A DNA stretch of 64,000 nt from Schmidtea polychroa (Eukaryota), in the NCBI GenBank assembly GCA_044892525.1, contig CM097885.1, forward strand, positions 200,756,001 through 200,820,000, given 5' to 3'. Below the pieces are notes generated by a model. That model saw nothing but the letters and a program-made list of their open reading frames with translations, had not been told where the DNA came from and did no database searches. Both the position numbers and the translations under genes were made by a program. Of the stretch, positions 1 through 12,880 are shown one piece after another (the stretch's first letter is position 1; the number at the start of each line of letters is the position of its first letter).

Positions 1-1734
1 CTCAATTGGTAAGCGTTTTTTGACATTAAATAAGAATCAGTCAGTTGATCTTTGCTTTGGTTTCTTTGTAATTAAATGATTTATTCTCACTTGTTCCATT
101 TATTATAAATATTTTAAATTATCTTTTAGATTTTACGATAATTTCATTATTTCTATATTTTATTATAAAACTTTTTATGATACCTGTTTATGATTCCAAA
201 AATACGGATTACTTCGTGATAATAATGGCTGCTTTCCATTGCATCAATAATAATAATTTTTATCACCAATTTTATAGTTCAATGATAAACTTTACACATT
301 TCTATAGATTTGTTGAGTTGGAATGGTTAATTTCTTGAAATTATCGGAAATACTCATATTTTCGTTTAAAAATTTAAAATTTGCAGCTTGTTTAATGTCC
401 AACTATTCATTTTGTATTATAGAAATTTTGTAAACTGTTATTATTAACCGAAAAATTATTTTTTTCTTCAAATCGCGACTGTTTCTATCTTTCTAGTGTA
501 AGAGCTTATTTGACTATGACACACACATACATTTATTATAGGTAAGTTTTATTGATATTATGAAAAGCAAAATCAATGTCATTTAGAATCTTATCAATTT
601 TCGTTTGATATATAAAACTTATTGATTTTTTTTAATTATAGAAAATACTGTCCAGTGGAATTAGTGTAACAAATGCTCTTATTCCATGCAACATTAAAAA
701 TCAACACTCAGGAAAGTTTGTGTGTTTCTATAATATATGTTTATTGAGTTTTTTCAATATTATAGATGCCTGAAAACGTGTTATTATAATTTTATTTAAT
801 AACAACAAAAAATAAAATTAAACGTTTCATGATCAAAAACTCAAATTTTAATGCAATAAAAAGGATATAATAAAAAAGTTTTAAATTAAAAAAAATAATA
901 TTTATTAAAAAGTTTGACTATGGAAAAAAAATCAGTAGTGAATTTTGAAAAAAAATTCTTATAAAAATAATATATTTATAAAATATTATTTTAGAATTTA
1001 TTTTAAGCACCGTCACATGAGGTAAACAAAACTTGCAAATTTCAATAATTTTGTGTAATTTTTCAAGTGTCGATAATTATAATAGTATATTAATAAATTA
1101 ATGCATACATATTTCATTTGATTCAGATATAGTGTTGTTTAATAAATTTCATGCAAATGATTAAAATTTTTAATAAAATACAATCGATAATAATAATGAA
1201 AATACCTAAAAAATTATTTTAGATAGACAAGTCTCAAAGTGAATATTTTATTATTATTTTGCTTTAATTATTTTAAAATATATTTAAATATAAAAATCAA
1301 TAAGTAACTAATATGCAATTAATTTCTAAACATTTCCACCAATCACAGTTGCCGATTGAGTTTTCTATAAATAAATATGGAATATCGATTTAAATTATTA
1401 TAAATTTGGAATTCCAAAATTATCCTTCCGAAAAAATAGAATAAGATATAATTTTGAAAATTAGAATTATGCAAATAGCGTAATTAAATATATAATTTCA
1501 CACATTGCACATATACAAGTTATTTCATTTTAATTCAATTTATTATCTTTATTGCCAGATTTCTCAAATCTATCTATTTATTCTCATATTTAAATTAATG
1601 AATTTATTTTATTTATTTTAATACATTTCCTTTTAAGACTTTAATCAATATTTAAGTTTATATTTGACTTTCTGATTTTATGAGAATTATCATGTTAAAT
1701 ATAAAATAAAATATTAATTGATAGTCTAAATCAA

Positions 1735-2280
1735 ATGAAGATAAAGGAAATTGACAAAAAATCAATGGTGAAGAAGACAGACGAGAACTTTAAACAGCAA
1801 TCAAATTTCAATAAAATCCTACACAGAAACGGATACCAAGGTAAGGACATTGAAAAAATGAATTCTACCACAAAAGATCTAGGAATTAACACAAAAGAAG
1901 AAGAAATATTTTTATCTGAATATCCCATTCATCAGTGACATACTCGACTTCAAGATCCTGAAAGAACTTAAACGCACCGGTCTTCCAATTCGGATAGCAC
2001 ATAAATCTTGGACATTGAGAAAAGCTCGGGCAACCAACACAAATAGAGAAAACAATTGCACAATGGGAAACTGCCAGACACCGAAAGATATGTGCTTTAG
2101 AAAAACATCGTCTATTGCACCACGTGCAATGTATACAAGGAAATCTACATTGGAAGTACACCCAGGACCTTGCACCATATAAAGTACATCTATATCCTGG
2201 TGGAAAATCCTCGATAAAGACATCTCCAACAATGTCAATCAACAAAGAAAAGAAAAAATATTTCAATCGAAATCATAGCT
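1735..2280 (+). mobile_element. Penelope-like element 3' remnant (linker + GIY-YIG endonuclease), frameshifted
   Basis: Joined frames read IPFISDILDFKILKELKRTGLPIRIAHKSWTLRK...C...C...KNIVYCTTCNVYKEIYIGSTPRTLH, a typical PLE VY...YIG motif. Confidence 0.8.
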
Positions 2281-3102
2281 AATGGAAACATCCAAAAAAA
2301 ATGTCAGATTCAAATAAGCAATTTTCATTATAAACACAGGGCCAAAAATCAACAATAAAAAAGAAATTAATGAAATCATCAATTTGATCTGTTGTCATTG
2401 ACCTTGAGAATAACTGATAATATATAAAAAATATAAAAATTTAAAAAAAGTAGTAATTAAAATAATATAGAAAATTTAGGAAATATGCTTTCAAAAGAAA
2501 TCAAAATTGACACATTTATTAAAATATTTAAATCGCGTATATAAATAGTTATTGGAGGCTTTATTTTATAAATATTTTAAAATATTTTATTAGCGTAGGC
2601 TTCTAGGGGCTAATTATAGAAGCTTTAAAAATTTAAAAGTTTTAGTTGGTGTCATTTTGAATTTTAAATGATATTTATTTTAATTTTAAATAAAATCTTT
2701 AAAAATTCAGAAAAAAAGTACATCATTATATTATATTTATAATCAATGAGAAGTGAGAAAAAAGAAATAAAAGAAAGATAAAAATGTATGTTAGGGAAGA
2801 AAATTGCTAAATTCCAGTAGATTGACAAGGACTATCTTTTAATCGAAAATTTTTTCAATAAATACATTATTCGCAGCCAAAGGTTTATATTATCACTTTA
2901 TTGTTTTAAATAATAAATACTGCTACCANNNNNNNNNNNNNNNNNNNNNNNNNNNNNNNNNNNNNNNNNNNNNNNNNNNNNNNNNNNNNNNNNNNNNNNN
3001 NNNNNNNNNNNNNNNNNNNNNNNNNNNNNNNNNNNNNNNNNNNNNNNNNNNNNNNNNNNNNNNNNNNNNNNNNNNNNNNNTAATTATAAAATGAATAATA
3101 AT

Positions 3103-3165
3103 AAGAAAAACATCGTCTATTGCACCACGTCCAATGTATGCAAGGAAATCTGCATTGGAAGTACT
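3103..3165 (+). repeat. Short second copy of the PLE GIY-YIG segment next to the N gap
   Basis: aagaaaaacatcgtctattgcaccacg...attggaagtac nearly repeats ~2100-2160. Confidence 0.7.
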
Positions 3166-3667
3166 AATGAAGCCTTTGCCTGCTTAAGTGAAATTCTAAA
3201 AGTTCCATTTCGCCATGATCCTGGGGTACTTCAAAATCTTCAAAAACCACTTAAAACACATTAAATTACAAATATCAAACTAGTAAATGATAAAATAAGG
3301 CTTTTGGAAAAGATGGAAAAAATTTCAATTATTAGATAATCCTTTCCAAATAATAATAATACTATTAATAATTCTTCCGGGCCTGAATAAAATGTCCCTC
3401 AATAGGTCTAGAATAATCTAGAAATAGTATTTGCATCAATAATCACAAATTTGTCAAATTCTGTTTCCCAATATCAATTCTATATTTAGAATTTAGCATT
3501 TACCATGGGGTATTTACGGTGATAATTCATTGGTAGATATAAATAATATTTCAATTCCTATTTCACAGTCGGGTTGTTATTGTAACAAATAGTTTATATA
3601 AACATAACCTGTTGTTTTTATCGATTGACATAAAATCGGTTACAGAATAAAAACTAACAATATATCA

Positions 3668-3880
3668 TTACTTTTCATTCAACTTGTTCAAAACGAGCTC
3701 ATTATTATCTAGCACTTTCAGTGCTGCAAATGTAGCATCGATTGGCATGTTCATTTTGTTATCATCGACACTATCAATAGGTTTTTGGGGCCGAATTCCA
3801 CGCATGGCATCTGAGAATTGTTGTTCTGTCATGTTCAATGCTTTATGATCAAGCGTGTTGATAAATTCTATTGCTATAGA
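3668..3880 (-). CDS. RABGEF1: Rabex-5 exon 6 (end of VPS9, start of coiled coil)
   Basis: ttccag|SIAIEFINTLDHKALNMTEQQFSDAM continues FTNM as in Rabex-5 [26 protein letters not shown]. Ends at TAA 3670-3668 or splices at AA|gt (3672). Confidence 0.8.
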   Translation of the reverse strand, partial: SIAIEFINTLDHKALNMTEQQFSDAMRGIRPQKPIDSVDDNKMNMPIDATFAALKVLDNNELVLNKLNEK

Positions 3881-5042
3881 CTGGAATTAAAATATGTACA
3901 TATCACATGGAATTTGGTATATGGATAGCGATTTTATTATCACAGATATCAAATTATTATTGATTTTTCAATTCTTAAATGTTACTCTATTACTCTATTA
4001 CTAACACAATCAGTTATTTCGATATTAAAACCGAATACCTACCTTCCAATTGCATTTAACCCTTAAACCACAAATTACCCGCATATATCTTAAAAAGAAG
4101 CAACAGTTACTATGGGTAGTTACTATCTACTTACTAATTTATTGCTGCCTCTAACCCATTGGTTTGCAAATGAAAAACATATAACTTCAAATAAGAAATA
4201 TAGTCGATTGTCTTATGATGCTAATCGCAGATTTTAGCTTTGCCGTTATTTGCAAATCTGAACTTGTATATTTTTGCATTTACATCATTATTGTGTATCA
4301 GTTACAGTTTTTTTGTGTCGCCTAGCATCTTTATTTTACATCTGATAAGTAACATCAAACTACTAAATTGTTGGCTGATCCTGTGTTTCTAAATCTTGTC
4401 TGCTGTTTTTTGATAAAAAATAAACTTTATGTAAATTATGTTTTAGTTTGCTTTTTTTTGTTTTTGGCTAAATATAATTTGAAAAGATTTTTTTGATATT
4501 AATTATTTTTTAACTTGTTAAATATTTAGCTTTTAATTCGTTTTAAAGATGTTCATAGTGATTCTATTTACAAAGTGAAAGATATAATTATAATCGATGG
4601 ACAAGGAAAAGGTGGCCATTTCAGGATTTTTTTATCACTTGAGTTGCCTCAGCCCTTGTTACATATCGCTAGATTTCCTAATCCTTATCATCACATAGAG
4701 ATTTGTTACAAAATTAAAGGAATTGTTGAAATAATTTTAATTGGATTTTATTATCAAGTTAAACAATTATCTCAGTTAATTTATGAAGCAAAACTAAAAT
4801 ACAAACCAGGAATAGAATTCCACTTCAAGTTTTATCAATCGAATCTATGTTTCGTGAGTAACTTGTAATCCAAGGAGGTAAAACGATTTTCAAGAAATAA
4901 AATATTTATATTTAAGCATACGAATATAACAATATAACAAAGAATGAAATAAGATAATTAATAATTTGCGAATTGTAAGGAGTTATGTTATAAGTGTGAT
5001 CAGTTAGTTGAAATAACTATTGATGGTTAATTTGTATATTAG

Positions 5043-5135
5043 AATGACAGTGATTCTGTCGAAATATATTGTAGTAAAATATAGATATTGGATTTGGTGT
5101 TTTTCGTTATATTTAAATCAATGCCATTATTTAGT
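5043..5135 (+). repeat. PLE-type terminal fragment with damaged hammerhead; inverted homolog of 19040-19144
   Basis: GACAG-tgatt-CTGTC-GAAA-TATA-TT-GTAG plus ~60 nt shared with the reverse complement of 19040-19135; the CTGA core is missing here. Confidence 0.65.
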
Positions 5136-6408
5136 GACTGAATTTATATTAAATTATATCTATTATTATATTAAATTATTAAAACGCTAGAATTACCACG
5201 CCCTTGTATAAATTTTCAGAAAAACAAGATAATTTAAAATTGAAATTAATGAATAAATGTAGGAAGAAGAGGAATTATGGAGGAATTATGGAGACTATGA
5301 ATATGAATATTTTCCAGAAGTGTATCTTATAAAGACTTAATTTTCAATTCTATGAAGTGCATGTAAAACATGGCTAAAATGTGTGAAATGTGGATTTGAT
5401 GGTTTAACCAAAATAAAAATTTTATTGCTATTTTGAGAAGTTCTATAAAATCTAGTTCAGATAAGTCAGCAAGATCAGTTTCAGCATTCATTGTTTCAAT
5501 AAAATAAGCAATGAAGAATATGAAGAATAAATTTGTAAAGTTTTGAGGCATCAAGAGAGACCCAAGAATTATTTGTGCTCGTAACTTGTAGGATAGATGG
5601 ACTTGTGATTTCTGAGACGAATTGAGTTGTATAACTAAAATGACAAGGAACATTAGTTAAGAGATTTTCAGAAATTTCAAGGAAAATAAAGTTTGAAAGA
5701 GTTGTGGAAGGAATGTCAAGACTTTATGTAGTCTTTAGGTACCATGGTCATATTAATGGATTAGGACTCACCAAAATTGCATTTAAAAAATAGCTCTGAT
5801 TTCAAGGTTGACCTGTCTTGAGCTAAGATGGACATTTTCTTATTAAATGTGTTTTAGTGAATACAGGTAAGATAATTTTGTTTATTTGTTCGTAATTGGA
5901 ATGGTACTCTTCAAAATTATGTTGTATCGGTATGTGTTAAGATTGGCTAGTCGATTTGTTAATGTAAAGATTTTTTAATGTAAACTGTATTGTCGAGTGT
6001 GGTAGTTTATGAATGAATACAAATTTTTTTTTATATAATCAAATATACATTCAAAATGTTATTAATTTTACAGTTGCCAAAGAATATTTAACAGGTTTGA
6101 GAAGAAGATTTTAGTGTAAAGGATAACAGTCATTCAGGAAAGCCAAGAGAGATTGTTTTGTAACAATACGATAACGATAAATATTGTAAAATAAACTCTT
6201 GAAAAAATGGTATACTACAGCTGGTAAATGCTACCATACCGCCTGATTCAGCAGAATGTGCTACCCTCTTTTAGGTTAACAGAACTTCTTAAAAGAAAAT
6301 ATAGTTCATACTAACAATATTGAAAATATTTGACGCAATTAAATTCAAAATATCAATTATTTAACCACAAAATTCAAATTTTTTCAATTTGTTTTTTTAT
6401 ATTCTTAA

Positions 6409-6894
6409 CACGTTGACGGACACTTGCGTCTATAGCCGTCAAGGCGAAGTTCACTATGTGGCATGCCGGCAATAGCCGTCAAAAAAGAAACGGTTGTTTT
6501 TAGGAGGGAAACTTCATATTGCTGCAAGAATTGCATGTCAAAACCTGCACTGTGTCCTGCACCATGCTTTGAAACATGGCATACCGAAAATAATGTGTAA
6601 TAATTATAAAATTATAATAAATTTTTTTGTTATTTATTTATTTTTGTTTGATTATAAACAAATATTTCGTGTAAAACTCACAAAAATACTTTGTTGCACA
6701 CAAAAAAATTGCTTATTTGAGCCATTAAACCTGTCATTTACATTTTTAAATTACCTTATTAAAGGTGCTAAATTAATCAAAATTAAGTTTATTTAAGCAG
6801 AAAGAGTAAAACTATACTTCTAATATTCTAAAAATTACAAAAACATATGGTGTCAATTTTCGAACTTCACTTGTTTCTACTGTCCGTCAATGTG
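6409..6894 (+). mobile_element. Non-autonomous piggyBac derivative (486 bp) retaining the C-terminal Cys-rich domain
   Basis: TTAA on both sides; TIRs CACGTTGACGGACA / TGTCCGTCAATGTG (13/14); internal frame RRETSYCCKNCMSKPALCPAPCFETWHT*. Confidence 0.88.
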
Positions 6895-7597
6895 TTAACA
6901 TTTGCATTTGCAATTTTGATGTTAATATTGATATTGACAATAAATATTTTTAATTGATTTCAATATAAAATGAACATAATTTAAATATTTATTTTAATGA
7001 ATTTAATTTTACCGAATTATCCATATTGAAGAGGTTTTTCTCCAGAAATATCATTTAAAAAACAATATTAATCTTATTCAGACTAATAGTGTACTTTAAT
7101 TAGTTTTAATTTGAAATGAGTTTAGAAAATCCTTATCTGAAATTTATCTTGTTAAATTACGAATTTAAATAAGTAAAGATTTCCGAAATCAACAATATGG
7201 TCTTTGTTTTATTTATTTAAAATAGTGGTGACAAATATGATAGAATTATGAATAGAATGGTGTAGGAACATAAAACTAATTCGTACGATATATTTATTGA
7301 AAGCGACATCTTTGAATAAAATGTTTCTGGTATTTCAATTAATATAGCGTCCAATCATGTTTGAGTACGAGCATATTAAGGATAAGAAAATTTGTCCTGT
7401 TGCCATAACTGATTGATGATAATAAGTTTCGAATGTTGCAATGTAGGTTGTTTGGAATGACGTATTTTCGGGGGAAACAGACTGAATTCGATTGTTTTGT
7501 ATACATTTTTTGAATAAAGGTGTCGATGTTCAAAAAAAGCATGAATGTCATTTTGAATATTTAAACAATCATTTTCTTAATGATGCTAAAAAGTCGA

Positions 7598-8581
7598 CCG
7601 TTGGTTACTCTGACTCCACGTGTCCCAAAATTGACAAACACCAACTCCCAGCGTATATTTATTTTATAGCAAATTTACAATTCTCAATAAATAATTACAA
7701 CTTTTAGTTAACCACGATTTTGCTCCCAATTTCCGATCGAACTTCGCTCTAGAAAGTCTGGACCTTATACGATTTAAACATAAGTTACACCTTTTTATTT
7801 GATATTCCACTCTCTGACTCGAAATCATTTAATGCGCCTTTTCTAACTCTTCAATTCCTCTTATAATTCTTTTTTTTCTTGACGTTGTTCCTCAAATTCC
7901 TATTATCAGTTTCTTCTTCCCTGCCTAAGGCTACTGCCGATTATCTGAATTTGAAGTTTTCTTATATACTCCCATAATCCTTGTAATTACCCCATTTTTG
8001 ACCTAATTGATTTTGACTTCCTTGGTTATCATTCTCTAATTAGTTATTTCTGTTGATCCTCTTAGTAATTCCCATTCTTTCGTTTACCTTCGTTTATCCG
8101 GCTGTTTAGATAATTGGCCTCTAAATTCCCAATTTGTTTATTCTCCCAAATTGCCGTGCTCGGGTTTTCTTCATCACCAGGTTCTCCATTGGCTCGGACT
8201 TCCCATTAGCTCGGGTTTTCCATTAGGCAATTAATTAATTAATACTTTGTGTTTTTCCATATTTGCCTGTTTCTCGACCCTTTCTAAACATTTTATAACA
8301 ATTTCTTGCTCACTATCTTCTTCACCATTCCTTAATCTACACCTCTCCCGTTTTCCAGCTTCAATTTCGATAACATTTCACTTTATTCCACTTCCTCAGG
8401 TTTGCTCATTTTTACATTTCGTGTCTGATTGTACCCTTTTATAGTTCTGTTTTTGTCATATCTTTCTTTGCCATTACTTCTCTGCTTGACCGCCATTCTT
8501 TTTCGTTCGATTTCGGTTTTCTTTTTATTCAGAACTATTCAATTTGACATAATTTAATAATTTACTTTAACAACCTCAACA
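7598..8581 (-). mobile_element. Solo-LTR-like element (~1 kb family), left end uncertain
   Basis: Ends ...CCTCAACA; pyrimidine-rich plus strand; TTAATTAATTAA; shares ttactctgactcca with the 18010 copy. Confidence 0.55.
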
Positions 8582-9199
8582 AATTGATATATTTATTAAT
8601 TTGAAAGTCAGAGGCACTACAAACGGCATTAAAACTTTCAAAAATCGGAGGCCCGTAAGTGTTTTTTACATTTTGTAGTTATAAGCATACATTCATATTG
8701 GAGGGTAGTTGAGAAAAAAATTGGTTGAAAAATTTCTAAAATGTAAGAAGTTACCCGAGAAATAATAATGCATTTTAGAATCTTCTCGATTGGTTTTATT
8801 GGTTTGAGTGACAACAACTTAGTAAATGTTATCAAGGGGGATCCAGGCACAACAACGGTTGAGGATTACTAATATATAATTTTAATGCATTATTTATATA
8901 ATTTTATCTCACTAAATTTGGGAAATTTTGTCTTTTAAATTTGAATTAACGTGAAAATAACGAATATGTCAATAAAATGGTTTGATGATTCTCGAACTAT
9001 ATATGACAATATTTTCAACTCAATAAAAGTTACTGAAATGATAGGAAGAAACATTGCAATTACAATAAAGTAATGTCAATGGTAGAGTTGTGATATTGCA
9101 TTAAAGGACTTACATGTTCCAATTGATAGTATTACATGCCCTTCCATCATTTGATGCATATTTGAATGAAATATAATCAAAGAAATCAAATTCGATTAT

Positions 9200-9672
9200 C
9201 TGTTTTTCGACCCTTTCTAAACATTTTATAACAATTTCTTGCTCACTATCTTCTTCACCATTCCTTAATCTACACCTCTCCCGTTTTCCAGCTTCAATTT
9301 CGATAACATTTCGTGTGATTTGTGAGGCGTTGTTGATAAAGTCATTGAAACCGAAAATTAATGTGCAGAATGCAGTGAATATTTGTATTTTAAATGTTTT
9401 TAAATATTTTTTGTATATTGTATGTATTGTTTGTATAATGCAGTGGTTCTCAAACTTTTTTGATCACGACCCAAATTTTTGACATTTCATGCCAAAAATT
9501 TTATTGCGACCCACATGACAAAGATTAAATAAATTTAAAAGGCTTAAACTTCCAAAATTTATATTTCCATAAGTCATCGCGACCCACCAAAAATTCTTTC
9601 GCGACCCAAAAATGGGTCGCGACCCATAGTTTGAGAAACACTGGTATAATGTATTGTTTGTTAAATTAAATA
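9200..9672 (+). repeat. Chimeric repeat: 113-bp copy of 8267-8379 fused to a copy of the PLE 3' end (from ~10952), interrupted by a MITE
   Basis: Direct near-identity to both donor loci is visible in the sequence. Confidence 0.85.
9441..9643. mobile_element. hAT (Charlie-like) MITE, 203 bp
   Basis: TIRs CAGTGGTTCTCAAACT / AGTTTGAGAAACACTG; perfect 8-bp TSD GTATAATG. Confidence 0.93.
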
Positions 9673-9781
9673 TCTATATTACTATCTATTCTACCCACCT
9701 ATTAATGAAGAGGGCGGAACTAAGCTAGAATATCGAATGTAATATTTATAAAATTTGCAATTTCAATATGTGAAAAATTAC

Positions 9782-10038
9782 CATATTTGTAAACATATAT
9801 CCCGCTTCTCCACTATTGATTAGTGAAGGTCTGGAGAATCGCATTACAAATTGAATGTTTGAGTGTAATAATGTAGGATTGGCACGAATTAATACCAATA
9901 TCAAGGTTGGTAGGAAATCATCCGCATTCACTAGTGATGTTGTATGGGCTTTAATTGCTTCGGAAACGGCTTTACAACACCGAACAATGCAATCTAATTT
10001 ATCTTGCGGGCATATCACTGTATTCATTTCGATCATTG
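9782..10038 (-). CDS. RABGEF1: Rabex-5 exon 5 (VPS9 GEF domain)
   Basis: PQDKLDCIVRCC...NADDFLPTLILVLIRANP...GEAGYMFTNM carries VPS9 catalytic motifs; splice phases are consistent. Confidence 0.93.
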
Positions 10039-10454
10039 CTGGACACAATAAATAAATTTAATTATAATAATAAAAAAGACAATAATATTAATATGTTGAT
10101 GATGACAAAGAGTACATTATACGTACAATAGGACTCGCTTAGCGCGGTTTTATTGGCATAGTGGAATCTGCGAAACAAACAGGTTCAGATGAGGTAAGTG
10201 TTCAAAATCTCAAAAATTATTGCAAGAAACAGCAGAAGTCTTTCTAATTATGAACTCAAAGAATTAGCGGACCAAGAAGGACACCAAAATATGAACTTGC
10301 AACGGCATTTCTAAAAGCCAGTTTTGTTACTATAACAGAAATTATGGACCAATTTCTTGAAAATGACACAGGCAAAGACGGAGTGACATGGAGGCCATGT
10401 CCAAGAATACTAAAGAAAAACGCAGATGACATTAGATACATTCTTGATACCTTT

Positions 10455-11340
10455 TGACTGTTGACTGTTGACAAATTTATTAAAAATTGTAAGGATCCAT
10501 GTTTGAGAAAATCTGAGTGTGATGCTGTTAAGGCGTGTGAGTCTGATGAGTTAAATAAATTAAATATTGTGAGCAATGATGATGAGCCTAAAGTTGTGTT
10601 AGTATTGCCGTACTCAGAAGGTCTTAAGGATTATAAAGTGAAGATAAGAAAGCAGTTAGGGAATTTAAACTATAGGATAGTGTCAACTTCATGGAAAGTA
10701 CGCAATATGTTTATTAATAAATCTAAAACTCCGGTCGAATTGTGTTCCGATCTCGTTTATCAGTTTACATGTCATTGGTGTAATGCCACATATATTGGAA
10801 AGGCTTCCCGTCATCTCTGTATTCGAGTTCGAGAGCATTATAGACCGAAGGCATTGACCAATATTAGTGAGCACAATAAGGGCTGTTAGAGTAAAATAGG
10901 AATGTCTGATTTTAAATTTTTATTAAAAAAATTCGATAATTATTGGGAACGTGTGATTTGTGATGCGTTATTGATAAAGTCATTGAAACCGAAAATTAAT
11001 GTGCAGAATGCAGTGAATACTTGTGTTTTAAATGTTTTTAAATATTTTTTTGTATATTGTATGTATTGATTATTGTTTGTTAAATTAAATAATTAATAAA
11101 AAATTATTAAATTAAATTCTAAATGCTAAAATTTTAAAAATAATATATTATTTTAATTATGATTTTTAAAAAGAATGAAATGTTTTATTAAATAAAAATA
11201 TTATTTTATATAATTAATAAATTTGTTTAAAATCCTTAATTTACATAGTTATTATATCCCACCTGATGATGACAGGAAAACTGTCGAAATATATCGTGAA
11301 AAGAATGTTTGAATGGCGTTTCCTTATTTTATATATAATT
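10455..11340 (+). mobile_element. 5'-truncated Penelope-like element (GIY-YIG) with 3' hammerhead
   Basis: ORF 10461-10889 LVLPYSEG...VYQFTCHWCNATYIGKASRHLCIRVREH, then ALLIKSLKPKINVQ, an AT-rich UTR and a hammerhead core. Confidence 0.88.
11260..11298 (+). ncRNA. Minimal type I hammerhead ribozyme motif (PLE type)
   Basis: CAC-CTGATGA-T-GACAG gaaaa CTGTC-GAAA-TATA-TC|GTG: core, 5-bp stem II, palindromic stem III and 3-bp stem I. Confidence 0.75.
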
Positions 11341-11969
11341 GTACATCCACTCCATTAATAGACAGATAGATAATCAAGATAATGTAATTATGATAACTTG
11401 ATAGATATGCAATTATCTTAAGTATAACAATTCGACATATAATGATTTCATAATGATGATTTATAATTTCCTACGATAGTTGGATAAATTCTATATACAA
11501 ATGACATAATATATGCAACGATAACAATAACGGAAATCATATACTGTAATATATAATTGCAATGACGTAATTATATAATTAATATTACAATTATTACATC
11601 ACTTCCATATTAAACACTCCATATTATATATTTACCATGACATCATCCTATAAACATTTATATGGTTATATAATGATATAATGATGTAATAGTTTAAACA
11701 TAATTTTATTTATTTTAGAAGTTTGGATTGAATTTCTATATTGTTAAATTTGGACAAAAATATTCTAATTAATAAAAGTGATCAAATTTATAATTAATTG
11801 AAGAACATGAATAATAAATAATTGAAAAATTCATCGGCAGTGATCATATTCCCATCCCGGTAAAGGTTCCAATCCATTTATGCTTCAAAATTCATTATAT
11901 GAAGATAAAAACAATTCCACCAATCAAAACCCGCCATCATTAATTCATAATAAATTAGCACATAATTAC

Positions 11970-12198
11970 CAGTGATGGCGTCCTCCAAAAACGGTTTCTC
12001 TACTGGGCTGTCTTCATCGATTGCTGCATCCAATATCTCAGCAGTGATCCAATGTAGCGACCGAATACGTTTTTGCAACTCAAGATCTTTTGTTTCATCG
12101 TCAGAAAAATTCGGTTTGAAAGCCCAATCATAGATTTGAATTGTTAAAAATCGTTCGACTTGTGCCATCAACTCTTCAGCTTGACTTTCAGACATTAA
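11970..12198 (-). CDS. RABGEF1: Rabex-5 exon 4
   Basis: DDETKDLELQKRIRSLHWIT matches Rabex-5 DDEKKDLAIQKRIRALRWVT; 58-nt intron upstream; phase-1 donor. Confidence 0.9.
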
Positions 12199-12256
12199 CT
12201 GCAATTAGGGAATTTATTTGTTTAGACTATCAACAATTTGAGCTTTCTTAGATTAC

Positions 12257-12379
12257 TCTATAAAGTGTATCGGTTTTGATTTTCTCTGATAATCTTTCAT
12301 AAAATTTCTGTACAAGAACCGAATGCTGTTCGATTTTCACTGATTTCGCTTCTTCCAGTACATCCAAATGTATTTTAAT
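12257..12379 (-). CDS. RABGEF1: Rabex-5 exon 3 (helical bundle)
   Basis: AG/GT-bounded 123-nt exon IKIHLDVLEEAKSVKIEQHSVLVQKFYERLSEKIKTDTLYR; aligns with the Rabex-5 helical bundle. Confidence 0.8.
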
Positions 12380-12736
12380 CTTAATATTGAACATTTTAAA
12401 ATTCATTATACTAATTTCGGTTCTATGTACGTATGCAACATCTTTATTTGTTATTTAATACTGTAAATTTCATATTATCTAAGTAAATAATTTGCTTTGT
12501 ATGAACTTTGTATGAAGTGTATAAAACGCTTTTATGGTATTTCCTGAAATTTACAGATCAGTACATGTAAAAAAATGCAAAACAAGTCATTACTATATGT
12601 TTAGAATTATTTAAGCTGTTCATTTTAAATATTTAATAAAAAAATCAGTTTTTAGTTGACTGGAAATGTCACCAAATCCACAGTTAGTAACCAATTTTTT
12701 ATTACGGGCCTAACACCCATGATTATATATTGTTGT

Positions 12737-12828
<92 letters not shown>
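12737..12828. repeat. (ATT)n microsatellite
   Basis: About 30 uninterrupted ATT units. Confidence 0.95.
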
Positions 12829-12880
12829 AGAACTTTTATTTCTTCCAATTTCACCACTGATTATTTTTTCCGTCGCAGTA

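Noticed and set aside
130-800. Possible plus-strand micro-exons (e.g. 498-541 ending tag|gtaagt; 642-715)
   Set aside because: Splice-like signals are present, but the phases could not be joined consistently and no protein was recognised.
3103-3165. PLE duplication read as a pseudo-LTR
   Set aside because: It abuts an N gap, so it may be a scaffold overlap artefact; listed only as a repeat.
4050-4870. TTAACCCTT start and RWTRKRWP peptide suggesting piggyBac
   Set aside because: No matching right TIR; frames too broken to support.
5280-5800. Purine-rich, coding-like stretch
   Set aside because: Stops in all frames and no diagnostic motif.
10250-10455. Open frame TPKYELATAFLKASF...WRPCPRILKK just before the PLE
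   Set aside because: Looks coding but could not be assigned; probably an unrelated TE scrap.
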